Shown piece after piece: positions 11,900 to 24,491 of a DNA stretch of 64,000 nucleotides. A program made the translations under genes and the position numbers. This DNA is from Octopus vulgaris. Taxonomy: Eukaryota. The stretch lies in contig OX597816.1 of NCBI GenBank assembly GCA_951406725.2, positions 155,682,001 to 155,746,000 on the forward strand, in the 5' to 3' direction. The notes beneath the pieces were generated by a model that saw only the letters and a list, made by a program, of their open reading frames with translations, ran no database searches and was not told the DNA's origin. Positions within the stretch are counted from its first letter, which is position 1, and every line of letters starts with the position of its first letter.

Positions 11900-14800
11900 G
11901 AGCAAATGGCTCTGAATGAAACAGAAATTATGAAAAAGGATTACACAGCAGTGACCAATGTGTCACATGAAAACATCAATATTCCACATTTGGAATACCA
12001 AATTTACAATGGTATGTAGACTGTAAAAGGGAGAAATGCTTGCATCGCCCCACCTCAGTGACATCATACAACAAACAAAGAAACAAACCATTATAAACAA
12101 AAGTTTTGACATAGAAACAAAGAAAATTGTGAATATCACAAAGGAAAAAATTGTAAAATGCCTCGGGCCAGTTTGGTAAGAAACAGCGTACGTGACCCAA
12201 GGGAAGAAGTATGCATCTATTGAAGTACGGTTTTCAACAGTGGAAAAGGCCCATGAAAACTCAGTGCAGACACTTAAAATCCAAGAGATGGTACTCCTGC
12301 TCACATACCTAGGGTGTCAAACATCCCGCATAAAAATTCAGGAGGTACCACCTGAAATAGATATGTTCTCATTCCTAAAGTATTTTTCAATATTATTATT
12401 ATTATTATTGTTCAGGTCACTGCTTGGAAGCAGACTCGGAATCTTGGGGTTAGTAGCCTGTGCTCTTAACCACTACACCATATACCCGTAGTGGTTAGGA
12501 GCGCAGGCTACTAGCCCCAAGATTCCAAGTTCACTGCGAAGCAGTGACCTGAACAACAACAACAATAATAATAACATTGAAAAATACCTTAAGAAATGAG
12601 AACCCAGGTTCAAAATTTCCCCAAGACACCTGAAGTAGGCTGGAGGGTACATCAGCCGAAACGTGTTAACAACAAACAAGATGAGGACAAATATCCATTG
12701 AATGTCAATAATGTAAATAATGAACTATCGTCAAATACAATATTAAAGATGGCTATTTGCATGAGATAATAAAGAAGCACCACTTGTCAAAAATGTTTGG
12801 TGAAAGTAGATATGCTAAAATCGAGGAAAAACTTTTTAAACAACTGAAAGACACACATCCAGAGGGCATCTACAAACTGAGTGAATTACCCAGGTTAATC
12901 GACCCACCACCGGAGACCAATGAGGAAAGGGGAAAGAAAAGGTGGAGGGAGGCTCAGTAACCTCGAGAACGATCACTCCTTCACCCATGAAAGGTAAGTA
13001 GGTCCCTAATTTTTTCTTTGGATGACTGGAATTAACTTTGTTTGTTTCAATGTATGTGGCCTGACTTCAAAGTGGAAGCAAGCCTGTTTCCTCAACGACC
13101 TCAAGGGACATAATATGGATGTTTGTGGTGGCTACAGAAACCAAGATGGACAGCCTGCAAACCTTTGTGACACTGATGAATGACTATGAGAAAATCATGT
13201 CTCCTAACCAGACCAGAGGCTGAGGAGGTGTAGTAGTGTCGCTCCAAAAAAGCTTTGCTCTGCATGCAAATACAATCTTTGTGGATCCAGAAGGTGAGCT
13301 GGTTGTTCTCAACTTGACGTACAGCAATAAAGCTGGTTGATTGGCATTTATGTGTTGAGTGTCAAGAGCAAGTAGACTGATTTTTATTGATGCCTAGAGA
13401 ATTTTCTCATGACATCTAAGACATTAGTTGTGTTAGGAAATTTTAATGTCATCCTGGATGCATGCCAGGATTGTGTTGGCTTGGCATATAGAAAGGAAAA
13501 CCTATGCCTCACTGATCTGCTTAAGCGATTTCAGCTGGCAGATCACCACAGACTTGATCACCCGAATGTCCCAGTGTGGACCTGGAATAATGGTGATGGG
13601 TTGCTTAAGTCTTATTTAGATAGGCTAGATATAAGAACTAGAGATAAGTTTAGTTTTAGTCATCCACAGTTTGTTCTGGTCTCCTACATGGATCATAAAC
13701 TAGTGACATGTAGGATAAACATAGATAGTACACATACACAGGGACCTGGCTACTGGAGCTAAACAAGACTATTTTGTCAAGGGAGGCATATGTAACTGGA
13801 TTAAGTAGATAGTAACAAAGTCATTAACTGGTGCCATGGGGAATAACAGGTGGTAGTTTGCCCTCAGATGAACCATTCAATGTGAGTTGATTAGATTTAG
13901 AAAGCAGCTAAGTTTATATAAGTCTAGAGTAGAAAAGGATCTAGTCAAGGACTTAGAAGAGGTGCTAAGGTTGGGTTCTTCAACACAAGTTTTGGCAGCG
14001 AGATTGGCTTTAGACCGACACCTCTAAGAATGGAGAATTCCCAAGTCTACGAGCCAGGGTGGGATAACGTTGATCAGAAAGGGCTCAAGCAAAGGGGACA
14101 CTATTAGCAATTTTCGACCCATAACTCTACTAAACACAGAGTTAAAGATTTTGGCCAAGGTGTTAGAAAAGAGGTTGGTGCAGGTTGTGGATGGCCTTGT
14201 TGGGGAGGCACAAACTTGTGCCATTCTTGGCAGGATGATACATGACAATCTCCACCTCATATGCAACACCTTAGAGATGGTGGGTAAAATCCCTAGCAAA
14301 AGTGGGGCACTGGTGCATTTAGACCAATCTAAATCATTCAATAGGGTCAACCATCAGTACTGGGTGGTAGTTCTCATGGCAGCTGGGCTGGGCTCAACTT
14401 TTCAAGGCTGGATTACTGCTTTGTACAACAACATCGAGTCTTTCATCCAAGTGAATGGTTTCTTTTTGAAACCGTTCAAGATTGAGCACTCTGTTTGCCA
14501 GGGGTGTCCCTTGTCTCTGCTTTTGATGCATTAGCTCTTGAGCCATTGAAAGATGGAGGTAATAGGAGGCAATTCGTGTGATCTGAGTGGTGGAAGAACA
14601 GTGACCGCATACACGGATGATGTCACTATCATTGTGTCTGATGAAGGGCAGCTACCTTGTGTAGAAAACCTCATCAGACAATACAAAGTGGTGGCAAGAG
14701 CAAAAAATCAACCGGGACAAGTCAGTCAGCTTACAACTAGGCACCTGGAGGGGTAAGTCAATGCCGTCCAATAATGTTGTGGAATGTTGGATGGAAGGTC

Positions 14801-16150
14801 TGGTTAAGATGATAGGGGTCTGGTTTAGTCCAGATCTCCTGATAGAGAACTGGGGCAAGGTTACAAGCAGGGTAACAGCCCTAACCCAGACCTGGTTTGG
14901 AAGGGTGTTATCACTGTTCGTAAGGGCGGATGTGGTGCAGATGTTCATAGCACCTGCTATCACCTACCGCCTGACCATTGTGCCTTTCCCTGATTCATGG
15001 GTGAACCAACTGGAGCGGCTCCTCTTCTGCTTCTTATGGAAGGGGAAATCACTAGTGAGGTGCTCTATCTGCTGCCAAAAGCCGTTAAAGGGTGAGCTAG
15101 GGATGCCATGACTGAAAATGCAGAAGTTTATGCTAAGGCTTAGGCACCTCTGGTTGGTGAGCAGGTGTGATCACCACCTGTAAGGTTTCTCCTGCACCAA
15201 CTGACCTTCCTTCAGGATTTAAGTCCATGGATCAAGCATAGACCTAAGCTGGGTGAATGGCAGAAAGTGTATTGACAGGCACTCACGCTACTCTCCTGGG
15301 TGGGCAATACTGGCAGCAGGAGTTCCACTGTGGATTTCTATCGTGTGCTAGCAGAGTACATGTCAGATGATGTCCTAAGGTAGACTCTGGGATTTGACGG
15401 AAATTAGTTGGTCAATCCATTCGGAAGGACTTTCAGGCCAGAGTATCTGGATAATAACCAGAAATTCCTAACCTAGTTATGTTACCGATCTGCCTTACTT
15501 GTTCAAGAGAGGCTGTCAAGGCATGGTTATGCCATCCCACCAAGAAGCCTAAAGTGCAGGTGGGACAGTGAAACTCTCCTGCATGCCATCATGCAATGTG
15601 TAGAGATTATGGAACTGATAGCCTATGCTGAACAGCTGTTGTCAACGACAGGAAGAGTACAGCTATCAGCTGAGTAAGATTGTGCAGCTCTCCACCCTTA
15701 ACAGGGACAGGAAGGCCTGCATAGTGGCCATAATGAAAGAAACAGTGAGGAAGACATGTGAAAGAGGGTTTGCAACAGGTACCTTCATCGTACATTAATA
15801 GTAAAATTCAGCTGGAGAGAAGATATCTGTCACACAGTACATTTGTAAAACGATGGATGAATGTAGTAAGAAAACTGAGAACAAATGGAACCAGTCAAAT
15901 TTGACTGGAAAAAAGAGGGAGACGTTGGTCAATGGCGGTGGGTTAATTAAGCCAGGGAATTCAGTCATACATGAAAGCATTTTTTAAAATCTTATCATAT
16001 CATATTCATGCAATTTTCATTCATTTTATTGCAAATTTTAAATTTTTATTGCACTGTTCAGTTCCTACATATCTATATTTGTACTTGTATTGTCCCCTCT
16101 TCGTAATGCCCTACATGGAAATTTCAGAAATAAAAGAACTGAACGCATAT
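11900..16150 (+). mobile_element. Degenerate Tx1/L1-clade LINE (ORF1 remnant, APE, RT, C-terminal Zn knuckle)
   Basis: ORF1-like RIKIQEVPPEID; APE motifs FNVCGL, GNFNVILD, SYLDR, DHK, GPGYW; RT NFRPITLLNTELKILAKVL, LDQSKSFNRV, QGCPLS, YTDDV; C-terminal C...ETLLH...QC; aataaaa at about 16128. Confidence 0.9.
12365..12725 (+). mobile_element. Fold-back tRNA-like / hammerhead element nested in the Tx1 ORF1
   Basis: Inverted arms 12365-12476 and 12488-12603, each with a tRNA-like segment; HHR-like core at 12625-12667; second copy at 62506-62790. Confidence 0.75.
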
Positions 16151-16177
16151 CTAGCGTAAACTTTTTTTCCTGATGAA

Positions 16178-16425
16178 GGGGTCTGGTTTAGTCCAGATCT
16201 CCAGATAGAGAACTGGGGCAAGGTTACAAGCAGGGTAACAGCCCTAACCCAGACCTGGTTTGGAAGGGTGTTATCACTGTTCGGAAGGGCGGATGTGGTG
16301 CAGATGTTCATAGCACCTGCTATCACCTACTGCCTGACCATCGTGCCTTTCCCTGATTCATGGGTGAACCAACTGGAGTGACTCCTCTTCTGCTTCTTAT
16401 GGAAGGGGAAATCACTAGTGAGGTG
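16178..16425 (+). repeat. Direct duplication of the internal Tx1 RT segment 14815-15062
   Basis: ggggtctggtttagtccagatctcc...ggaaatcactagtgaggtg nearly identical to 14815-15062. Confidence 0.9.
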
Positions 16426-16752
16426 TCTCTAGAAATGAATCCTAAGATTCATGAACTCCAGAAATGATTGTTGGAATACTTTATTTTCTTCTAACCCAAA
16501 ACGCTTTTTAATGCCTATTACTTACTATATACCATATTTTAAATTTTTTTAAAAACATTTTTTATCTATATTCCATTATTATTATGTTTATATATTTATA
16601 TATTTATATGTCCATGTACATTTTTAGTATTCATATATTTTTATATTTCTATATTCTTACATCTCTAATATATCGATATATGTTTCAGCTTGGACAATTC
16701 ATATTGTATCTTAACTATATATATATATAAATATATGGTATCCTAATATGTA

Positions 16753-16801
<49 letters not shown>

Positions 16802-17544
16802 GAAGTGGAGATAGCACAGAAGTAAATCTAAGACATTTAAATTTAGAAAGAATTTAATAAAATGATTTTTAAATTGTATAAAGAAAATATAGAATATTAC
16901 TGATTTTGATGATAGTCTCATTTTATTGAATATTAAAATAATATTTGAAGTAAAAGGAGTTTGTCTTCTGTCTGGCAGTCAAAAACACATCTGGAGTTTT
17001 TACGTTGAAGTTTTCTTTGAATATAGTTTGATGTAGAGTTCTGGGTGTTAGAGAGAATGTGTGTGTGTGTGTGTGTATTGTGTTGAATGTATTTCAATAT
17101 GTTTGGAATGTGACCAGCTGTGTGTTGATAGATGTGTATGTTGTGATGCATCGTGAAAGAAAGAACCGGGATTTGCCTTTGGGCTCGATGTTTTCTTTTG
17201 AGTGTCTCTACCTGTGTGTATGTGTGTGTGTGATGTTTTAATTTTGGTGTCTCTAGCAGTGTGTGTGTGTGTATTTGTGTGTGTACTTGTATGTGTGTGT
17301 GTTTGTGTGTATGTGCAGAGGTGTGTATGTAAGTGTATGTATGTCTATGTGTTTGTATGTGTGTGCAGAGGTATGTGTGTGTGTGTGTCTTTGCTATGTT
17401 TTCTTTTGTGTGCATGCATTTGTGTATGCGTGTGTGTTTTTTGTGATGTTTTCTTTTGTGTGAATATTTGTGCGTATGTGTGTGTTTTGTGTGTGTGAGT
17501 GAGTGTTTTTTTTGCGATGTTTTCTCTTTTTGTATATAATAAAT

Positions 17545-18203
17545 AATATAATAATAATGAAATTATTGTATACAGTGCTCAGGTGAACCACAACTTGTCA
17601 AGTGCATATAAAGTATATGCAGTAATGTAAAAATGTCTGGAAAGCGAACAATGCATGAGTCAAATACATGCTTGTGTGTGTATGGAGGGGAGAAAATCAG
17701 GTGTAGTGTTGGCAAATCTCAGGAAGCATGGAAGTTTTGAAGGATGCAGTGCTCTGACAACTAACAACTGATGCCGGCAGTTTGTTCCATGCTTCAGCAA
17801 CTCTCAACGTTGAAAAAATGTTTCCTAAAGTCATGGGAGCTGTGCTGTTTTCTGACTTTGTAAATATGTCCACGGGTATTAGACGGGTGGAGTTTGAAAA
17901 GGTGCTCAGTGTTATTGTTTGTAAGATGGTTAATAATTTTAAGGGTGTCTGTCAAGTCAGCTGCCAGACGTCGGAGTTTCAATGTGTCCATGCCCAGGGA
18001 AGTAAGGCGTTCAGAATATGGCAAATGCCTGATGGAGGGTATTCTTTTGGTTGCACGTCGCCGAATGGCTTCCAGGCGATTAATATCCTGGGCAAGATAG
18101 GGGTTCCAGACCGCTGATGCAAATTCCAGGTGAGGTCTTACCATAGCTATATACAGCCGCAGATAGATAGCCGGAGAGCAGCTCACAAAGGACTTGGTGA
18201 GTG
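17545..18203 (-). mobile_element. CR1/L2-type LINE 3' fragment
   Basis: MVRPHLEFASAVWNPYLAQDINRLEAIRRRATKRI...NTRGH.YK; (TAA)-like tail; same family at 25810-26260. Confidence 0.85.
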
Positions 18204-18299
18204 ATGTGTGTGTGTACTGGCATATATATATATATATATATTTTGGAAAAATATTTAAGAATTGAGGGAAAGTATTTTTCAAAATCATAATATGTATAA

Positions 18300-19205
18300 A
18301 ATTGTTTTTAAGTGTCCATTCTTATTTATTGGTTGATAGTGGTTGGGACTATATTCAACTGTGGTTTATACTTGTTAATAAATTGCCTTTCTTTATTTAG
18401 TCAATGCTTTTGGTTGAAAGAATTTGAGTACTTGTAGAGGGGAAATATTTTGAAATTGGGTAAGTGCATTCCTGCACAGGATGCAATGTGACTGCTTAAA
18501 GGAACTGGTACTTAATTTATTGACCCCGAAAGGATGAAAGGCAAAATCGACCTTGGTGGAATTTGAACTCAGAACATAACGGCAGATAAAATACTGCTAA
18601 GCATTTTGCCTGGTGTGCTAAGGTTTCTGCCAGCTTGCCACCTTAATGGGTCATCATTATGTTGCATAACAGTCTGCCCATCTGACTTTAGTAATTATGT
18701 CGGCAACCTGATTATATAGATCAGGTTTTCTGTGTTGCAGGTGAGACTGGATTTAATTTTGAAGGTTTGGCCATCTCTGAATTTAAATTCTGGTCTCCCA
18801 ATTAGGTAACGACAAGTACTGCAGTTTGTTCTTCCACATTTTGTGACAGTTGGTTTGGGGGTTTCTTTGTGCATTTTTGCTTCAGTGAGAATGAAAGATT
18901 TTTCTCATCTTTTCATCTGCAAATAAGATGGGGAGGTTTCTGTGGATGTGATCAAATATTTTGGTGTTTCTGACAATGAAGGTTGACATGAATGGCAAGA
19001 CATTTTCCCTTCTTCTGTTTTTTGTTTTCTAAGTTCATTGATATCCATTTGTTTTGCCTTGTTCATTCCTTTCGTTATTATGCCAGGAGGAAAGGCTCTT
19101 TGGATAAGTGTGTCCTTCAGTTCCTCTAGTCTTTGTTCACATTTCGATGGTTCTTGTACTATGGTACAAATTTCCTTTGCCCAGTTGAAAGTGATGTTGA
19201 GTTAT
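18300..19205 (-). mobile_element. Penelope-like (Neptune-type Cys linker) remnant, interrupted by a family B SINE at about 18500-18645
   Basis: Minus strand: NITFNWAKEICTIV...RLEELKDTLIQRAFP..II; KCGRTNCSTC; SLTCNTENLIYII (start of GIY-YIG). Confidence 0.75.
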
Positions 19206-19350
19206 TCTATATTTTCCTTATATAATTTTTAAATCACTTTATTAAATTCTTTCTAAATTCATGTCTTAGATTTACTTCTGTGCTATTTTCACATCCATCT
19301 TTTATATACAGAAATTTGGTTTGTATAGATCTCTAATCCTTTTCAACCTA

Positions 19351-20020
19351 TCATCATCATCATTTAATGTCTGTTTTCCATGCTGGCATGGGTTGGACAG
19401 TTTGACTGAGGACTGGCAAGCTAGTAGGCTGCACCAGGCTCCAATCTGATCGGGCAAGGTTTGTACAGCTGGATGCCCTTCCTAGTGCTAACTACTCCAA
19501 GAGTGTAGTCAGTGCGTTTTATGTGCCAACAGCATGGGAGTCAGTCAGGCGGTACTGGCGCTGACCACATTTGCATGGTGCTTTAAAGTGCCACCAGCAC
19601 AAGAGCCAGTCAGGGGGCACTAGCATTGATCATGTTCACATGGTGCTTTCTATGTGCCACTGGCACTAGCATCAACCCATGATCAAATGGTGCTAAGTGC
19701 CACCAGCATGGGTGCCAGTCAGGCGGCAATGGCTATGACTATGATTCAAATTTCACTAGACACAACAGGTCTTCTCAAACACATCATATTGCCTGATGAT
19801 TCAAAGGTAGTTTTAAATGGGCCAGTTATGCAAAACTGGCATTGGTCATGGCTGTGATCTCACCTTACTTGCCAGGTCTTCTCAATCACAACATATCTCC
19901 AAACATCTTGGTCTCAAAGGACATGCTTCACCACCTCATACCATGTCTTCCTGGGTCTACCTCTTCCTCAGTTTCCTTCCACTGTTAGGGTGTGACACTT
20001 CTTCATACAGCTGTCCTCAT
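19351..20020 (-). mobile_element. RTE 3' fragment with (GAT)n tail
   Basis: Tail at 19351; repeated ggtgcttt..tgtgccac units; decayed GRGRPRKTW-coding end at about 19940-19990. Confidence 0.75.
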
Positions 20021-20319
20021 ATATATATATATATATATATATATAATTGAATAAGGGTAGAAATTGATATTAATCAATTAAAACCAGTGGCCTAGCATAT
20101 TAATCTTCAAATATATATATATATAATATATACATAATTTTCAAATATATATATATATATTAATTAAAAAGGAAATCTTATTTGTCAATCTCCATGAAAG
20201 AAAAATATGCCCTTGGCACAAACAATAGCATAACATTCCTGTTTAAAATCTGTAACCCACAAACACAGAAGTACCAAAAACAGACAAAGGTGAGACATAC
20301 ATATATATACATACATATG

Positions 20320-20364
<45 letters not shown>

Positions 20365-20365
20365 A

Positions 20366-21224
20366 CTAGCAGCTTAGCCTAGTTTCACTTGGTCGGTTCG
20401 GATGATGTGGCTTTAAAACCTGCTCTGTGTAAGCATTTGACTTGTTTGGGCATGCTTACGTTAAAAAAACAATTTTACAATGACTTTTTTGTCAAAACAC
20501 TAAAAATAACTGACCATCAAAAAAAAAAAAAAAAAAATTCAACCAAATCAAAAAATAAACCCAAATACTAAGTGAAGAAAGTTGAACCATCCCACTTCCA
20601 TTGTGCATGCACTCGCACACATACAAACACACACACACATTCACATACTCCCCCCTTCACATATACACACATATATTCAGACAGAGTTGAAATGCTGTTT
20701 GATTTATTTTTTCAGCGTACAATTTTCATCATCCCACTACCAAGTATGACATCACCCCTTCCTTCCTTATTCATCTATCACCCCTTCCTTTCTCATTCAT
20801 AAACACAAGAGTATTATTATAGTAGATTATCTCAGTAACCATGGGAGCTATGAAAAAATATAAGACATCACCCCTTCCTCCCTACCTTATTCATCTATCA
20901 CCTCTTCCTTTCTCATTCATAAACACAAGAGTATTATTATAGTAGATTATCTCAGTAACCATGGGAGCTATGAAAAAATATGACATCACCCCTTCCTCCC
21001 TACCTTATTCATCTATCACCCCTTCCTTTCTCATTCATAAACACAAGAGTATTATTATAGTAGATTATCTCAGTAACCATGGGAGCTATGAAAAATACAA
21101 AGCCCAGTAACTCTACTGGATCATTCTACACATCTATGTAATTTTTCATGCAAATCCACCCAGCCGTTTGACTGTGAATCCCAAGACAAGAAAGAATCGC
21201 CCATGCCAAATTTATATGTATAGA
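20366..21224 (-). mobile_element. Non-autonomous Helitron-like element
   Basis: Minus strand starts A|TCTATACATATAAA and ends with a decayed hairpin then CTAG|T, i.e. canonical 5'-TC / CTAG-3' ends in an AT target. Confidence 0.7.
20747..21097. repeat. Minisatellite, 3 x ~117 bp, inside the Helitron-like element
   Basis: Unit gacatcaccccttcc...cagtaaccatgggagctatgaaaaa repeated three times. Confidence 0.95.
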
Positions 21225-21232
21225 TTGATTAC

Positions 21233-21410
21233 CTTGGTAAGCTTTCCTTTTCTGGTAGATACTTCATCATATCAGAATAATGAGATTGAAAAGCATATGT
21301 TCTTGAGTCAAAGTAAGACTTAGAGAGAATGTGGGAATTCCCATTTCCAATTACATCTCCAGTACTATCAGCATACTTGAAGGCACTATTTAAGCTAGAA
21401 GCTCGACAAG
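21233..21410 (-). CDS. WDR93: WDR93-like coding exon 7
   Basis: cattttgacag| (A)CRASSLNSAFKYADSTGDVIGNGNSHILSKSYFDSRTYAFQSHYSDMMKYLPEKESLP AG|gtaatc; 178 nt, phase 1 to 2; IG.G..H.L matches the WDR93 G.G.NH segment. Confidence 0.85.
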
Positions 21411-21900
21411 CTGTCAAAATGAAACAATTAATAACATAAGGAGAGGCAGATATGAGATTATGAGATTGAACTCTTGAATTTTAATGATATAAAAAGCAGT
21501 ATCTGATTTGATGCACAAAAATTGAAACAGTATAAACAAGAATATTGTTAGTGGTGCTATATCACTAAACACTCAAACATGGGAATCACTTGTACTATGT
21601 TCCTTGATTTAACACCTACAGATTCTGTATAGCCTTATTTGTACAGCAATTAGATATCTGAAGGTAAATAATAAAGTGTTAACTTCTTTAAATATTACAA
21701 GTTAAAGATATTGTGAATGTTTTCAGCATGAATGAAGGCATGGCTGATTAAGAAGGTTGCTTTGTGACTATGGGGTTTTAAGTTCAGTCTTACTGCATGA
21801 CACCTTCTTCAAGTGTCTTTTATTTCAGCTCCAGGTTGATCAATGACTTCTGAGTGTATCCGAAATATGGAAACTGTGTAGAAGACAGTTGTATATACCA

Positions 21901-22200
21901 TCATCATCATCGTTTAACATCCATTTTCCATGTTGGCATGAGCTGGACAGTTTGACTGTGGTCTGGAGAGCCAGTGGCTGCACCAGGCTCAAGTCTGATT
22001 TGGTAATGTCTTTAAAGCTGGATGCCCTTCTTAATGCCAACTACTCTGAGAATGTAGTGGGTGCTTTTTATGCGCCACTGGCACAGGAGCCAGTCAAGTA
22101 GGCCTGGCATCACCCACGTTCGGATAGTGCTTTTTACATGCCACCAGCACGTGGGCCATCCAAACATGGCATTGGCCATGTTCGGATGGTGCATTTTACG

Positions 22201-22205
<5 letters not shown>
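21901..22205 (-). mobile_element. RTE 3' end fragment
   Basis: tcatcatcatcgtttaacatcc...ctggatgcccttc...ggtgcttttt. Confidence 0.75.
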
Positions 22206-22250
<45 letters not shown>

Positions 22251-22288
22251 TTAGAGACAAATTAGGATTTATTCCTAATATTTATTAT

Positions 22289-22350
<62 letters not shown>

Positions 22351-22878
22351 GTGGTCCCATTCCTCCTTATGGAGGACTAAAAATCCACTCTGTTTTATGT
22401 TGGCTTTTGTTTGGAGTTACTGATTCTTAGATGGGCATCTTGCAATACAGATTGCAGAATCTGTTTTGCACATATCCATTTTTGACCTTTTTTAAAAGAA
22501 TCTCATGTCTGGATGTTCTTGCTATGACCATCCTCATTACAAAATTAATGTGCATATTTTATTATGCATATGCACCAGAGAGTTTGTTCCAAGTAAGTAG
22601 GACTAAAGAGTTCCATCTACCTTATTCATATTTGGAGTTATTATTATTATTGCAATTATTATTAAGTTGGCAAGCTGGCGGAATTGTTAGCATGCTGGGC
22701 AAATTGCTTAGCGATATTTCATCTGTCTTTACATTCTGAGTTCAAATGCCACTGGAGTCAACTTTGCCTTTCATCCATTTGGGGTCAATAAAGTTAAGTA
22801 CCAGTGAAATTCTGGGGTCGATGTAATCAACTAGTCCCCTCCCACAAAACCTCAGGCCTTGTGCCTAGATTAGAAAGG

Positions 22879-22917
<39 letters not shown>

Positions 22918-23437
22918 GTGTGCCATCAAAGTGACAACGAGGTAAAAAATATGAAGCCCAGCACATGTCTGATAAGAGTACACCATGTATCACAACTATA
23001 TGTGCGTGACATGGTGATCTCATATCACGATAAACAGTGCATGACCTTGCAGGTGGGGCCCAGTTAGAATTTTCTTCAGTTTGAGTAGTCCATCCAACTC
23101 ACAAGGTCCCTGAATATAGTTTGTTTTAAGAATGATGAACAAAACAACCATGTTTCCAGAGGTGAATTATTCAAACCCTAAAGAATTCCTCTCAACACAT
23201 GGCTATGATACTCCTCCACTACTTCTGCTCATGATCAAAGATGCACATAACGTCAGACACTAAGGAACATGCTCAACTGATTAAGGTCAAACAACTGACA
23301 AGCAAATATGTGGTATTGAGCAGAATATTTGCTGTAGCCCATCTTTTATACCAAGACAAAACAATGTACATGATAACACTTCCAGTCAGTTAAGATCGGA
23401 AGCCATGAGAGCTACTGCCTGGTACTGAGTCAGGGTA
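22918..23437. mobile_element. ~520 bp non-coding interspersed element inserted in (ATT)n
   Basis: Colinear with 63381-63916; both copies are flanked by (ATT)n-type runs. Confidence 0.8.
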
Positions 23438-23582
23438 TTATTATTATTATTATTATTATATTTTGTGACATCATAGCAAAATCAATCCATACTTGGATGC
23501 AAATTATAGCCATGCTGCTGATTTAAGTGTGTGTTAATTTATATTTCAGACTCAGAAATCATTACAATATTTTTATATGAAC

Positions 23583-24028
23583 AAGGCGGTAAGCTGGCAG
23601 AAATGTTAGCATACCAGGTGAAATTCTTAGTGGTATTTTATCTGTCTTTACATTCAGAGTTCAAATTCCGCCGAGATCAACTTTACCTTTCATCCTTTTG
23701 GGTCGATAAATTAAGTACCAGTTGCATACTGGGGTTGATTTAATCGACTGGTCCCCTTCCCAAAAATTTCAGGCCTTATGCCTAGAGTAGAAAAGAATAT
23801 TTTTATATGAACAAGCAGTGAGCTGGCAGAAACGTTAGCATGCCGGGTAAATGCTTAGTGGTATTTTGTCTGTCTTTACGTTCTGAGTTCAAATTCCACC
23901 AAGATTGACTTTGCTTTTCATCCTTTTGGGGTCGATAAATTAAGTACCAGTTGTGTACTGGGGTCAATTTAATCGACTGGTCCCCTTCCCAAAAATTTTG
24001 GGCCTTGTGCCTAGTGTAGAAAAGAATA
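23583..24028 (+). mobile_element. Two tandem full-length family B SINEs
   Basis: aaggcggtaagctggcagaaa (23583) and aagcagtgagctggcagaaa (23812), each ending tagaaaagaat. Confidence 0.85.
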
Positions 24029-24491
24029 TTTTTTTTGTATGAACTTGGTAGTTTGGACTGAACTATTTTTGAAGTTATGTTCCTTTGCTAGGAAAATACT
24101 TAAACAAAACAACACGAATGGTTATAAAGACTTTCTATATTCTGTATTGGCAGGTCAATGTCCTTCAGATCCACAAGGCTTTAATGTGACATGTTAACTA
24201 GTGAACAACTGGAAATTGATAAGTCAAATTTAGCTTCTCAGTGCTTAAAGGATTGTCCTACATCCAAGAATATACACACAAACACACACAGGACACACAC
24301 ACATGGACAAACACAACACACACACACAACACACAAACACAAACACACTCATACACATCTTTTATCACTTATTTTTGATTTAAGTCATTATTAGATTGTG
24401 ACCATACTAACACACACAAATATAACACACAAATGCACACATCAAAACACTTACTTTATATAAAAGGTCAGTATATAAATGTGTGTGTTAC

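Noticed and set aside
12488-12550. tRNA gene
   Set aside because: Only box A/B-like parts are present with no convincing acceptor stem; it is part of a repeated element. The same applies to the SINE heads.
20747-21097. Regular repeats suggestive of a CRISPR array
   Set aside because: Units are contiguous ~117 bp tandem copies without unique spacers; eukaryotic context and no cas genes.
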